64,000 nt of DNA from Octopus sinensis (Eukaryota), in contig NC_043001.1 in NCBI RefSeq assembly GCF_006345805.1, positions 86,614,001-86,678,000 of the forward strand, read 5' to 3'. A program made the translations under genes and the position numbers. This document shows positions 35,324 to 49,179 of this stretch, one piece after another (position 1 is the stretch's first letter; the number at the start of each line of letters is the position of its first letter). The notes below the pieces were generated by a model. The model worked only from the letters and a program-made list of their open reading frames with translations. It was not told the DNA's origin and made no database searches.

Positions 35324-36188
35324 TAAATGTACCCGTGACCCGTTGGGTTACAACCAGTCAATGTTGAAAATGTCGGTGCGTGGCGGCAGAGAAAAAGTAC
35401 TATTTCGAACTTCAGGTAATAAAATTCTTAGATAATACAGTTCTATCTTTGGTATGACAACATAAACATAACCAAGTGTTTCCTCTTTGAAAACGTTCAA
35501 ATGGCCTTCAATTTTTTTCCTTGCTTTCTTCTTTGCCATTCTACTTTTCCAAGTGAAATATATGGGTACTTCAGCATCAAGTAATGTTTTTGCCAAGTCA
35601 TCATTGATGCACAATGAAAAGAATTCTGTCGATGTTGATCTCATATGTCATTCATTGACAGCCATATATACCCTCATTATTTCTGAGCAATATTCTCTGT
35701 TCATCTGGTTGATGGACTTGCAGTCTCTCTATTTCAGTTGTTCTTTCATGAACTGAAAACCCTAAAACGGATGCTTCGGATGGTCCAGTATAACTACCCA
35801 TTAGATATTGACTAACTTTATTATCGTTGTTTATTTGAACACGTTTCCTTTCAGCGTGTACTTCATGACGTACTTAACTGATCTCACTGAGGCAACTTCT
35901 TCAACGTTACAGTGACGTTTGAACGCTCTTAAAATAGTTTCATTATAAGGTACAACCCATTTGTTGTTTGTGTTTCCATTATTATGAGATTCCACTCCTC
36001 CAATTGCAACTGATCTTAGCCTATAAAGAGATAGTCTCTCTGTTTTCTGCCTTTTGATTAAGATGCGAATTTCTACTGTACCATCTAGTTTGCCTCCGTG
36101 TCCCTGGGGTGAAGTCAGCATTGTGCTTTTGAAGCGGACTCTCTCTCTCTCCCCCACTCTCTCTCTCTCTCTCTTTGTTATATATACA
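35323..36188 (-). mobile_element. Internally deleted Helitron with Rep/helicase coding remnants
   Basis: NNKWVVPYNETILRAFKRHCNVEEVASVRSVKYVMKYTLKG and FFSLC..DDLAKTLL..EVP.YFTW...LGYVYVV...ELYYLRILL; 3' subterminal hairpin-like cccaacgggtcacggg followed by TTAG/T. Confidence 0.8.
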
Positions 36189-36807
36189 TAAGTACAGACG
36201 TAGTAGATAACAGCTAGCCTTCGGTTGCCCTTTTGGACCCTGTTGTGTCCACTACTCTGATTGGTTTGTATTGGCGCAATTTGTCTCTTGCTCTATTACG
36301 CGCCAATGTGCAACCCAACCAATCGCAGCCTTCTGATAAGGTCCTGTAACACAATCTTTTCTAAATCTCCGTTTGCGCCGATAGCTTGCTATAAAACTTC
36401 AGCGATTCATCTAGTCGAAATCTTTTGGTTCGAGACCTAAGGTCTAACCACTGCCCACAGAGCACACAGCCAATTCCAGCGACAACACCAGCAGCCACAT
36501 TGGAGACTCAACTTCGTCCAACAGCATCAGGACCTCCATCTCTGTCGTCTCCGTCTTAACGTCGTCAACAACATCTCTTTACGTACACAGCAACCAGCAA
36601 CCCTCGCTCAGGGCCAACTCCTTACTGTTTGTGAATTGCTTCACCAGAAAGGGTTTAGAGTCCTCCTGTTGGTGTACTGTATCAGTTTTATTTTCTTATG
36701 GCTTTTAGTTCCATGTTTCTTGTTATATTAGTGTACTGGTTGTTTGAGCTAAATTTGACAGTTTGCTTAAAAGCAAAAGGAAACACAATATCCCATCCAA
36801 AATTAAA

Positions 36808-37210
36808 ACTCTTTTATTCTTTTATTTGTTTCAGTCATTTGACTGTGGCCATGCTGGAGCACCGCCTTTAGTCGATCAAATCGACCGCATGACTTATTCT
36901 TTGTAAGCCTAGTATTTATTCTATCGGTCTCTTTTGCCGAACCGCTAAGTTACGGGGACGTAAACACACTAGCATCGGTTGTCAAACGATGTTGAGGGGA
37001 CAAACACAGACATACAAACATATACACACGCATACATATGTATACATATATACGACGGAATTCTTTCAGTTTCCGTCTACCAAATCTACTCACAAGGCTT
37101 TGGTTGGCCCGAAGTTATAGTAGAAGACACTTGCCCAAGGTGCCACGCAGTGGGACTGAACCCGGAACCATGTGGTTGGTAAGCAAGCTACTTACCACAC
37201 TCCTACGCCT
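36808..37210 (-). mobile_element. ~420-bp family tRNA SINE
   Basis: Family head and tail. Confidence 0.85.
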
Positions 37211-37254
37211 ATAGAATAAAGGAAAACTATTGAAAAAAATCAAAAACCATCAAC

Positions 37255-37800
37255 TAGATTATGGCTGGGAGAAAACGGTATATTCGAAATAATCGCTCTC
37301 AGCTTCCATCACAACCTCAAGACTGCTTTGGAACCTAGTGCGTGTATTCTTCATTGTGTCCCAAGGAAAATCTTCAAATTTCTTCATCTTGGCCACTAGA
37401 TCAGCCTTGTTACTGCAGATATAATAATCCATGAGCTTACAATTGTGGAGACTAAGAGGCCAAAAATTGGGGCTGGTGAAGTCGTAGAAATCCTCCGACA
37501 ACCGCTCCTGACTCTTTCTCGAAGTATGCCAAAGAGCTGAATCCTGCTGCGACACACCTAAGCCTTCCAGCAGCAACCATCTCCAGTCAAGGTTTGACCA
37601 CAGTATCTAAAAGCTTCACATAGCCGTCTGAATTGAGCCCAAGGCCCTGTTCAAATATGAGGGGACGAACTCTGGCGTCCGGACGCAGTCAAAATGCTTA
37701 CTATGTTCCTTCCTGCCGGCCATGGATTCGTGATGTCTGTTGCAGCTGTCCATGTCACGCTTTACAGCCTTTACAGTGTTCATATTCTTGTTCAAATGTC
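37255..37800 (-). mobile_element. maT/DD37D-like transposon remnant
   Basis: QQDSA..HTSRKSQE.L......SPNFWP....C..MDYY...EAE.DYFE. Confidence 0.7.
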
Positions 37801-38146
37801 TTTAACGATAGTGTATGTCTGTAAATACATACATACATACATACATGCATGCAGACAGACAGACAGACAGACAGTGGGTGGGTTGTAAAACAAACCGGAA
37901 ATTGTTACAGTCGGGCAAATTTCGCAAAAATTATAATTGTTTCAACACATGCTGTTTATTGTGCGAATTACGAAAATAACAACTATTTTTATTGACAAAA
38001 AGAATTAATACTAAAAAACAAACTACACAACTTTGAAGATTGATTTTTTTAAATATAATTCCAGCCATTCTCGACGTCCCATCCAGCGGACGATTACAAT
38101 TGCTATGTTATAACATTCTCCCCATAACAACTAATTAAATTCATCT

Positions 38147-38545
38147 TAGGCTTAGAGTTTGGTTAGGGCTTGGAATTAAGGTTTGGAGCTAGAGCTAAGG
38201 ATTAGGACTTACGATTAAGGTTTAAGATTAGGATTCAGAGTCAGGGCTAATGATTTAAAGTTAGGGTTTAGGGTTGCAGGTTAATGCTTAGGGTTATGGT
38301 TTAGAGTTAGAATTTAGAGTTAAGGTTTGGGGTTTAGGATTAGGAATTAGGGTGTAGGGTTAGTGTTTAGACTTAAGGTTCAATATTAGGGCTTAGTGGT
38401 CGAGTTTAGTGCTTAGGGTTGGACTTTAGGATTAAGATTAAGATTAGTTTTAGGGGTTTAGAGTTGGAGTTTAAAGTTAAGACTTAGGGTTAAAGTTCGG
38501 AGTTAGAATTAAGGTTTAGAGCTTAGGGTCAAGGCTAAACTTAGC
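38147..38545 (+). repeat. Degenerate (TTAGGG)n-like hexamer array
   Basis: ~65 diverged units such as ttaggg, ttagag, ttaagg, ttagga. Confidence 0.75.
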
Positions 38546-38799
38546 TATACATCGTGAAAATTCTTTGTAGAATCATTATTGTTTTCTTTCATTAAATATT
38601 TTCATCTTTAAAAATTGTGTAAAGTTATTATTGTTAATTACTTCAGAGTTATTGAGGTTTACGTAACGTGGTGTCTCCAAATAATTGTGGTGCTTTTCAA
38701 AACATCGTCATGGAGTGAAGAGAATAAATGGGTCTAATTGGTTAAACTTACAAAACAAGTCAGCCATTAAAGATTCATAACTTTATTATTATTATTATT

Positions 38800-38840
<41 letters not shown>

Positions 38841-39020
38841 TGTCATCATCATCATTATTATTTGCTCTAAAAAATATTTGTAATTTTTGTAATTATCAAG
38901 AAAAGCTATATCTGCGTAGAAATTTTCTATAAAATTGGAGTTAGTGTGTCAAACTGAAAAGATCCCTAACAATATATAGAACATTCCAGCCTATACTCAG
39001 TTTGTAACAGCTTTTCTATA

Positions 39021-39385
39021 TTACTCTTTTACTCTTTTACTTGTTTCAGTCATTTGACTGCGGCCATGCTGGAGCACCACCTTTTAGTACTTATTCTATC
39101 GGTCTCTTTTTGCCGAACCGCTAAGTGACGGGGACGTAAACACACCAGCATCGGTTGTCAAGCAATGCTAGGGGGACAAACACAGACACACAAACACACA
39201 CACATATACATATATATACATATATACGACAGGCTTCTTTCAGTTTCCGTCTACCAAATCCACTCACAAGGCATTGGTCGGCCCGGGGCTATAGCAGAAG
39301 ACACTTGCCCAAGATGCCACGCAGTGGGACTGAACCCGCAACCGTGTGGTTGGTTAGCAAGCTACTTACCACACAGCCACTCCTG
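39021..39385 (-). mobile_element. ~420-bp family tRNA SINE
   Basis: Family head and tail. Confidence 0.85.
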
Positions 39386-39624
39386 AGATTTTTATAAAAA
39401 ACTGAAGTTTTTAGTCTTATGAAAGTAAACTCCTAATACGTAAACAGTTTTAATTACTAGTTTGTCAATTTTTTTTCTTAATGAAAGGGAAGAAATTATT
39501 AAGAGAGGAAACATTGGAGTTAGAAAAAATACTGAATTTGCAAATATTGAAGTGGGCAAAAGAGCCTGGCATATTTTTCTAAAAGAATTTCACGCAAAAG
39601 AAATTAGAACAACAACTATACAAT

Positions 39625-39779
<155 letters not shown>

Positions 39780-40208
39780 CAAACTAGAACGCTACACGCA
39801 AAAAATATAAAAATACCAAAGAATGGCGTTGTAGACAAATTACAAACACGAGAGTATCATATTTCACGTTTGTTGTAAGAACCACTGCCCGAATCGTGAA
39901 AAATTCACAGAAAGTGTTTTTAAAAAAAATCTTGTTGAATGTTACAAAGGTCTGCTTTCTGAGAAATATTAAAGTATTTTTTTTTTTAATTTGTAGAATG
40001 TGTTGATTGTAAATAGATAAGACAAGACTGTTATGTCGTGTTTTTTGTAAACTATTCAATTTTAAAGTTTTGTAGAAATGATAAAATTACAACGAAAACC
40101 GTTCTATGTTTGGACTCAGAGAGGAGATGCAAGAGTTATAATCAGCGCGGATGAGTTAAATAAAATTTTCTTCTGGCTTTCAAAGCATGTTTTCATTTAT
40201 TTATTTTT

Positions 40209-40594
40209 CTTTTATTCTTTTATTTGTTTCAGTCATCTGGCTGCTGCTATGTTGGAGCACCGCCTTTAGTCGAGTAAATCGACCCCAGAACTTATTCTTT
40301 GTAAACCGAGTATTTATTCTATCGGTTACTTTTACCAAACTGCTAAGTTACGTGGACGTAAGCACACCAGCATCGGTTGTCAAGCAACGTTGGGAGAACA
40401 AACGCAGACACACAAACATATACATATATTTATATGGGCTTCTTCCAGTTTCCGTCTACCAAATCAACTCACAAGGCTTTGGTCGGCCCGAGGCTGTAGT
40501 TGAAGATACTCGCCCAAGGTGCCACGCAGTGGGACTGAACCCAGAACCATGTGGTCGGTAAGCAAGCCACTTACCACACAGCCACTCCTGCGCC
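40209..40594 (-). mobile_element. ~420-bp family tRNA SINE
   Basis: Family head and tail. Confidence 0.8.
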
Positions 40595-41311
40595 GATTTA
40601 TTTATTTATTTATTATTTTATTTTTGTAGAGGGGTGTTCTGTTCATGCATTAATTTATTCACTTATACGTAATTTATCTTTTACTCGATTCACTCATTGT
40701 ACTGCGGCCATGTTGGAACACCGCCTTGAAAATATGCGTTCAACTGAACTATAATATTGGCTGCATCCATCGCACCTATCCATCCAGCGCGTCTATCCAG
40801 CCAGCCAGCCATCAAAAACACGCCTTGTCCCCAGTACCAGCAGCCGACAACCAGATACCTGCATACCCACCACCCACCTCTCCAAGCAGCAACAAAGGCG
40901 TCACAGTATATGAAGTCATTTGCATCTGTGACTTTCTCAACTTTGATTTTGCTAATAGTTTATCCAGTTCCTTAACTGCTTTTAGTAATTTTTATCTCAA
41001 AGCTGGTATTCTCATTTTAAGCCATTTTTCTTGTCTCATTTAAACATTGAAGTAAGCCCCTTTTCCTTTCTGTAAAATTCCTTCCCTGAATGAAATAAAA
41101 CTTATTTTCACCCTCGTAACTACCTCCTTCCTCCCGATGATTCATTGGTCTTTCTGCTATTTCTTGTCCAGCTCCATCTCTTATGTAGCTATGTTCTTCA
41201 TCTTTACTGTTTTAGTGATCGTGTGTGTGTGTGTGTGTGTCTGTGTGTGTGTCTGTGTGTATTTGTGTGTGTGTTTTGTGCGATGTGTATATTGTGTGCG
41301 TGTTTGTGTGT

Positions 41312-41343
<32 letters not shown>

Positions 41344-41829
41344 AGTGTGTGTGTGTAGTGTGTGTATGGTGAGTGCTTGCACGCGTGTGCCTGCATGTGC
41401 TTGTGTGTCTGAATCTGTCTATCTAGCTATCTATCTATCAATCTTTCTATCTATCTGTCTGTCTGTCTTTCTGCCTGTCTGTATGTCTGTCTGTCTGTAT
41501 ATCTATCTGTTTGTCTGTCTGTCTGTCTACATCTCCAACCATTTATCAATTTACGTCGTATCTGGGCTAAATTTGATCTTAATGTGTGTCACTTTTTTCA
41601 GGAACAGCTAGGTGAATTGGTGAATAGTCAACGGCGTTGGAAAACATAAAGATTAAAGATATAGAGTATTCGTCTATTCTTTTCTACTCTAGGCACAAGC
41701 CCGAAATTTTGGTGGAGGGGAGCCAGTCTAATAGATCGACACCAGTACACCTCTGGTACTTAATGTATCGACCCCGAAAGGATGAAAGGCAAAGTCAACC
41801 TCGGCGGAAGGTGTATGGATAATGGAAAA

Positions 41830-42488
41830 GAGTTACTTGTATCATGATGATATCAAAATGTTATATTATTACGGCTGCTTCATGCCCTACGAACGTTGTA
41901 AAGACTGTAAAACGTGCCATGGACAGCTGTAACAGAGACTACGAAGCTGTGACTAGTAAAGAAGGGCAAAACAAGCGTTTTGGCTGCGTCCGCACGCCGT
42001 AATTTATCCCCGCATTTGAATAGGGCCTTAGGCTCAATTCAGACGGCTACGTGAAGCTGCCGTGGACTGTTGTCCCTATCTAGAAAGTTATAGCGGCAGC
42101 AGGATTCAGCTCCTTGCCATATTTCCGGAAAGAGTCAGAAGTGCTTGTCGGAGAATTTCTACGACTGCACTAGCCATAATTTCTGAGCTTCTAGTTCCTC
42201 CGATTGTGTGGGACGCGGTTGATAATGACACCATCTGTTCTGCCTGCAACACCAAGGCCGATCTAGTGGCCAAGATCAAGGAGGTGTTCGAAGATCTTCC
42301 CAGAGACACAGTGAAGAACACATGCGCTAGGTTCCGGAGCCATCTTGAGGTCATGGTAGAAGCTGAGGGCGGCTACTTTGAATACACTGTTATCGCCTAG
42401 CCATAATCTAATATTATTTTTTAGTTTTGGATAGCATATTGTGTTTTCTTTTGCTTTTATGTAAACTGTCAAATTTAGCTCGAACACC

Positions 42489-42490
<2 letters not shown>
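41830..42490 (+). mobile_element. maT/DD37D-like transposon remnant (same family as 37255-37800)
   Basis: CNTKADLVAKIKEVFEDLPRDTVKNTCARFRSHLEVMVEAEGGYFE; followed by (ATCT)n. Confidence 0.7.
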
Positions 42491-42570
<80 letters not shown>

Positions 42571-42780
42571 TTGTCTGTCTGTCTGTCTGTCTTCTGCCTG
42601 TCTGCCTGACTGTCTGTCTGTCTGTCTGTGTGCTTGCATAAATGCATACATACATATATAATAACAATAATAATAACAACAACAACAACAACAACAACAA
42701 TAATAATAATTATTAAGCAATTTATAATTAATAATTTTACCAAGTAGCTCTGTATGTTAAAAGAACCATTATCTTATACA

Positions 42781-43002
42781 AAAATTCTATAATTATAAGC
42801 ATAATTATAATTAGGGTTTAGTAAAATTGTTTCACCACATACCAAAATTTTGAAATAGCAGTTAAATACTATTCTACTACCATAAAATATCTCCCAGACA
42901 GCTTATGGTAGCAGAATAGTATTCAACTGCTATTTCTAAATTTCGGTATGTTGTGAAGCAATATTGCTGAACCCTAAATGTAATTATGCTTATAATTATA
43001 GA

Positions 43003-43006
<4 letters not shown>
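42781..43006. repeat. Imperfect ~100-bp-arm inverted repeat
   Basis: aattctataattataagcataatta...ctaccataa / ttatggtag...taattatgcttataattatagaatt. Confidence 0.8.
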
Positions 43007-43037
<31 letters not shown>

Positions 43038-43041
<4 letters not shown>

Positions 43042-43668
43042 CATAAAAGGGCTTAGTAAAATAAAACTTGGTGAAATTGATTAATTAATTAATTTTACCC
43101 TCAATTGTTGAAATTATAATTCATCTCTCTCTATTTAATGCCTCGGATTTTACCGAAAAAAGCATAGTGTTTACTGATTTTAATCCACGCTGGTGGAAAG
43201 GGGAGAGCAGAAATTCTTCGCTTGCATATTTGAGTTTGCTGGCACTGTTAGTTTCGAGCAGATCTTCAGAAGCGATAAGAAGCCGAAAGGGTATGCTCCC
43301 ACTTTCAGTGTTTTCAAATCCAAACCAGGGAGTTCTGAGCTGATGATAGAAGTGTCGAGTTTGACTAATCTTGAAACGTACGTTCTCAAATAACCTTTGC
43401 ATTTGATTTTTTAATGTCTCTACCCCCATACTTTCGTGAGTTGAATTGAGCAAACACTATATGAGAGAGGTTTTCTTTAAGTATTAGAAATAGTTTAAAA
43501 AAAGTTTTTTTAGCTGCTATTTCTAATGAGTTCAGTATGCGGCAAAGTAATTTATTTTACTAAGCCCTTTTATGTAATGTAATAATTTGAATTCGCCTTA
43601 AATGGTCCCTTTGCATACTGAATACTTGGTGAAATTGATTAATTAATTAATTTTACCCTCAATTGTTG

Positions 43669-43672
<4 letters not shown>
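43038..43672. mobile_element. Unclassified ~560-bp repeat, copy 1 (terminally redundant, embedded in (TA)n)
   Basis: ~50-bp terminal redundancy; homologous to 44674-45227. Confidence 0.65.
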
Positions 43673-43713
<41 letters not shown>

Positions 43714-43932
43714 TTAATAATAAATATTAGGGAATAAATCCACACTTACAGGGAAAAATCAGATTTAGGATTGAATCCAATTTTATAGTAAAATATTATA
43801 TTATATTAAATTAGAGATAAAACCACTATTAGGCAAATCATACAATGAAAAACTTAAGCCAATACATAAGATTATTTAATTTATATTATTTAAATATATA
43901 ACAAAATTATTAGAAAAATATAATTAATATAA

Positions 43933-43996
43933 CACTACGATCGTTTCATGGCTGTTAATTTCTTTAAATTTTCGAGTTACAGTCATTCATCAGGTG
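43933..43996 (-). ncRNA. Type I hammerhead ribozyme with a long stem II
   Basis: CAC-CUGAUGA-AUGACUGU..ACAGCCAU-GAAA-CGAUCG-UA-GUG; ACGAUCGU is a perfect palindrome (stem III). Confidence 0.7.
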
Positions 43997-44273
43997 GTTT
44001 AAATATTTAACTTGGCGAGGTTTAATCAATGAATTAAAATTTATCGCATCTATCCAGCCAGCTATACATCCATCAAAGACACGCCTCGTCCTCAGTCTGT
44101 CTTTCTGTCTATATCTGGGTAGCATACCCGCCGCCCAGCCCCTCCAACGAAGATGTTACTTAATCCCAGGCTAACCCCTATTCACCTGACTATCCTGTCT
44201 TTCACTAACGTAATACTTTATTTGTTCCACGTCCTCGCGTTGCTGTGTTTTTTGTGTTTTCTTGTTTGGATTA

Positions 44274-44365
<92 letters not shown>

Positions 44366-44368
44366 TGT

Positions 44369-44412
<44 letters not shown>

Positions 44413-44559
44413 ATGTGCTCCTCAATGTGTCCTCTTTTCAGAACACAGTAGGGTGTAATTTGTAAGCGATTTAGTTGCAATTTCTTGCATGGCAGATAAT
44501 CAGGCATGTATTTTACTACCTGTGTAGTATGCGCGCGTGTGTGTGTGTGTTTTGTATAT

Positions 44560-45256
<697 letters not shown>

Positions 45257-45312
45257 TGTATGTATGTATGTATGTATGTATATATGTATGTATAAAAAAA
45301 ATTATATATATA

Positions 45313-46616
45313 TGAGGAGGTACCCAAAAGAAACAGGAATTTTGCAATACTATTTTATTCACTTAGTTTTACATGTTTACACTTTTATTACCTTCAAAGT
45401 ATTCTCCATTTGAAGTTATGCATCGGTCCAAACGTGTTTTCCAAAGTTCGAAGCAGTCCTGGAACTCTTGGTAAGTGATACCTTTACACGCCGCCGTCGT
45501 GTTCTGTGTGTTTTTGCTTTTTTTTTTTTTTTCTTTTCTTCACCTCTTCCACATCTTCAAATTCTGTAGCACCAGCTTTCGTCACCAGTGATGACCTTCG
45601 AAAAAAGGTCTGGATCAACTTCCAGCTGTTCTTTCAGTTCACAACATGCATCCAGTCGTGACTGCTTTTGATCTGTGAGCAAGTGAGGCACAGATTTTAA
45701 GTTAAGTTAATTTTGGGGCTCAAAAAGCAAAAGCAAGGCCATGTAGGGGAAATGGAGTTATGTACAGGGAGGGTATTCATGCAAAGAGTTCAGGCCACTT
45801 CTGGTCAAGAGAGTCTTTGAACCGAGCGGTCGTTGGCATCTTCACTATCTCGTCCGGCAGCTTATTCCACGGATCCGCAACCCGGACGGAGAAAGATAGA
45901 GCTTTTCGGAGTGACCCCACAGCCGACGCACTGGAGCAAGAGTGAAGAACAGCTCTTTCGAGAGGTTACACTTTCCGCTTATGATGTTGTGAATGAGAAT
46001 GAGATCAGCACGGCGTCGTCGTTTTTCTAGAGAATAAAGGTTGAGCGGCCTTTCTTCATAAGACAAATGCTTGAGACCTAGAACCATGCGGGTAGCCATT
46101 CTTTCATTCTCAATTCCTCGCTCAAAATTCGTTGACAGAAGATCGACAACACACCAGTCATATCAATAAGTTAGTCAATTGTTGGGTGACGCTCCTCCAA
46201 GATTAGTTCAGAAATGTTCATGGTATTTTCAATCGTTCAGGGGGTCTACGGTCGCCTTGAACGAGGTTGGTCTTCAAGCAACGAGTGATCATTCCTAAAG
46301 CGTGGAAACCAATCCGTAAACTTGTGTTTTGCTCATGGCAGCATCCGTGTAAGCTATTTAAGCATTAAAACTGTTTCGGCCGCCATTTTCCCTTGCAGAA
46401 AACAGAATTTCACGGTTGTACGTTGTTCCTTCGTTTCAGCCATCGCAAAAATCGATGAACAAAGGAAAAGCACTGCAAAACAAACTTAACCCGACGACGC
46501 CGGTCGGCAGATTGATGCCTGAGGGTCACATCAAGTGGCTTCTAGAGGCGGAAGCCCGAACTACAACAGGCTTGTCCTACATAGGACGTTTCCGGTTACT
46601 TTTGGGTACCTCCTCG
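45313..46616 (-). mobile_element. Mariner-like element with TIRs and a decayed transposase, interrupted by a LINE fragment
   Basis: TIRs gaggaggtacccaaaag / cttttgggtacctcctc with TA flanks; N-terminus MAETKEQRTTVKFCFLQGK..AET..ML...AMSKTQVY.WF.RF...EDQPRSRRP from ATG at 46443. Confidence 0.85.
45697..46105 (-). mobile_element. CR1-like LINE 3' fragment nested in the mariner
   Basis: ATRMVLGLKHLSYEER..NLYSLEKRRRRADLI; (TTAAC)n-type tail. Confidence 0.75.
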
Positions 46617-46877
46617 TACATACATGCAGGCATACATACATACATACATACATACATGCATACATTCTTTTATTATTTTATTTGTTTCAGTCATCTGGCT
46701 GCAGACATGCTGGAGCACCGCCTTGAAGGGGTTTTAGCCGAACAAATCGACCTAAGGACTTATTTTTTAAGCTTAGTACTTATTCTATCGGCCCCTTTTG
46801 CCAAACCTCTAAGTTACGGGGATGTAAACATACCAACACCGATTATCAAGCAGAGGTGGGGGGACAAACACAGATAC

Positions 46878-46923
<46 letters not shown>

Positions 46924-46974
46924 TCACACACAAACGCTCGCGCGCGAGTGTCTGTCTGTACAGAAACATAATTA

Positions 46975-47940
46975 AAGTAGATGAGATGTAGTTTGGTTTC
47001 GTATTTGGGAAGAGTACCACAGATGTCATCTTCCTAATGAGACAACTGCAGGAAAAGTATTTGGCCAAAGGTAAGCCATTGTACTTAGCTTTCGTCGACC
47101 TCGAGAAAGCTTTCGACAGTCTCCCGCAAAACCTGTAATCAAAGGGCCTCAAATTTAACCTAACAAAAACCAAAGCTGTTGTTAGCAAGAAAGAAGATAA
47201 ATGGCCTTGCTCAGTATGTAGGAAAGGTGTTGGAAGTATTTCCATTCAGTGCACCCAGTGAAAGCTATGTACACATAAGAGATGCCGTGGAATCACAGGT
47301 AGATTAATACATAAAGTCGCCTTCGTATGTGAAAGATGTGCAGGAACTACAAGCACTAAGAGCACATTGGACATAGATTCTCTCAAATGCTCAGGAGGCT
47401 CTCTTGGGGTTGTAGATAGTTTCTGTTACCTAGGTGACCAAATTAGCAATGGTGGAGGTTGTTCTGAAAATATTGTTTCTCGAATAAGAATAGGACGGAG
47501 GAAGTTCAGAGAACTATTACCTCTGTTGGCAACAAAAGGTCACTCTCTTAGAGAGAAAGGTAGACTATATGATGCTTGTATTCGACCGGCTATACTCTAT
47601 GGTAGTGAGACATGGGCTCTTAATGCCGAAGACATGTATTGACTGGAATGAAATGAAGGCTGTATGCACTGCTGGATGTGCAACATAAGTATGCATGTAC
47701 GACAAAGTGCAAACATATTTGGAGAAAAGTTGAGCTTAAGAGGAATGAAATGCAGTATGCAAGACAGAAGACTACGTTGGTTTGGATATGTGCTGCGTAT
47801 GAATGAAGACAGCTGTATAAAGAAGCACCGATCACTGAAAGAGGAGGGTACGCGTGGAAGAGGGAGACCCAGGAAGACAAGGGATGAAGTGGTAAGGACT
47901 GATCTCAGGATGTTGAACCTCACAGAAAAGATCCACTTGA
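46975..47940 (+). mobile_element. RTE LINE RT and C-terminal fragments
   Basis: RQLQEKYLAKGKPLYLAFVDLEKAFD; VDSFCYLGD; LYGSETW; RRLRWFG; RGRPRKT. Confidence 0.85.
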
Positions 47941-48135
47941 AGTAAATAAAGCTATAGATAATAGCGTGGGAAATATTGGGTCATAAAATAGCTTGGATGA
48001 AAAAAGTTCACTGGCAGCCTTCTAATTTTCCAAACAAAGGTTTTTTTTTCAACCGATGTTCTTCACGCTTTTATTTGTAGCTTTAATTACTTCGAGGTCC
48101 CTCGTTAAAAAATAATTATTTCACACTTTGTGAGT

Positions 48136-48450
48136 GTATGTATGTATGTATGTATGTATGTATGTATGTATGTATGTATGTATGTATGTATGTATGCATG
48201 TATGTATGTATGCATGAATGTATGTATGTATGTATGCATGCATGCATGTATGTATGTATGTATGTATGTATGCATGCATGCATGCATGCATGTATGTATG
48301 TATGCATGCATGCATGCATGCATGTATGTATGTATGTATGAATGCATGCATGCATGCATGTATGTATGTATGTATGTATGTATGCATGCATGCATGCATG
48401 CATGTATGTATGTATGTATGTATGTATGTATGTATGCATGTATGTATGCA
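48136..48450. repeat. Compound (ATGT)n/(ATGC)n tetranucleotide repeat
   Basis: Direct inspection. Confidence 0.95.
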
Positions 48451-49179
48451 CACATATACACATACATACATAAACATACATATACAGAGAAAGAAGATGA
48501 GGAACGGAGGGTGGAGTGAGTGAAAAAAATGGCAGGAGAAAGTTAAGTTGATTTTTCTGCTGTGCTACCACTAATGACTTGGCATGCACTTTTAAACACG
48601 AGCATTTAAATAGACAAATGTGCACCAAGCAGAATTTATTCAATGACATTGATAAACTTGCTCTTAATTAGGGTGACACGTGATGAGGATGTGTAACATT
48701 TTGAAATGGACACTTATTTAAAAAACTGAAATTGCCTTAAAACTATGTTACTTAGTGATTTGTCCTGACTGAAAAAACGTGACGCTTTACATTCTTTCGT
48801 AGCATACCATTTCCGTAGAAAGGAATATGAGGTCTCGGTGATTTTAGACTGATTTCTCGTTTATAAGTAAGTTTGAATGCTCACTTATATATTTATACAT
48901 TGCTGCTTGCTGGTTAATTACGATACATCCTCTAAAGGCGGAGATATATTAATAAATCAAGAATTTATGTTCTATGGTATTTGATATAGTGGTATTTGTC
49001 GACAGACATCAGCCAGTAAACAGACGCCAATACTTACATCTTGGGTGCATCCAGGTGGTCTTATGTTTATTTTACTGCTTAAATAGAGTGTTGGTACCAA
49101 CCAGATTACTCTCAGTACAAAACGTCAAAAGAACTACTCTATTTTTATTACATTTTCCAATCCCATACCGGCCTAAAAC

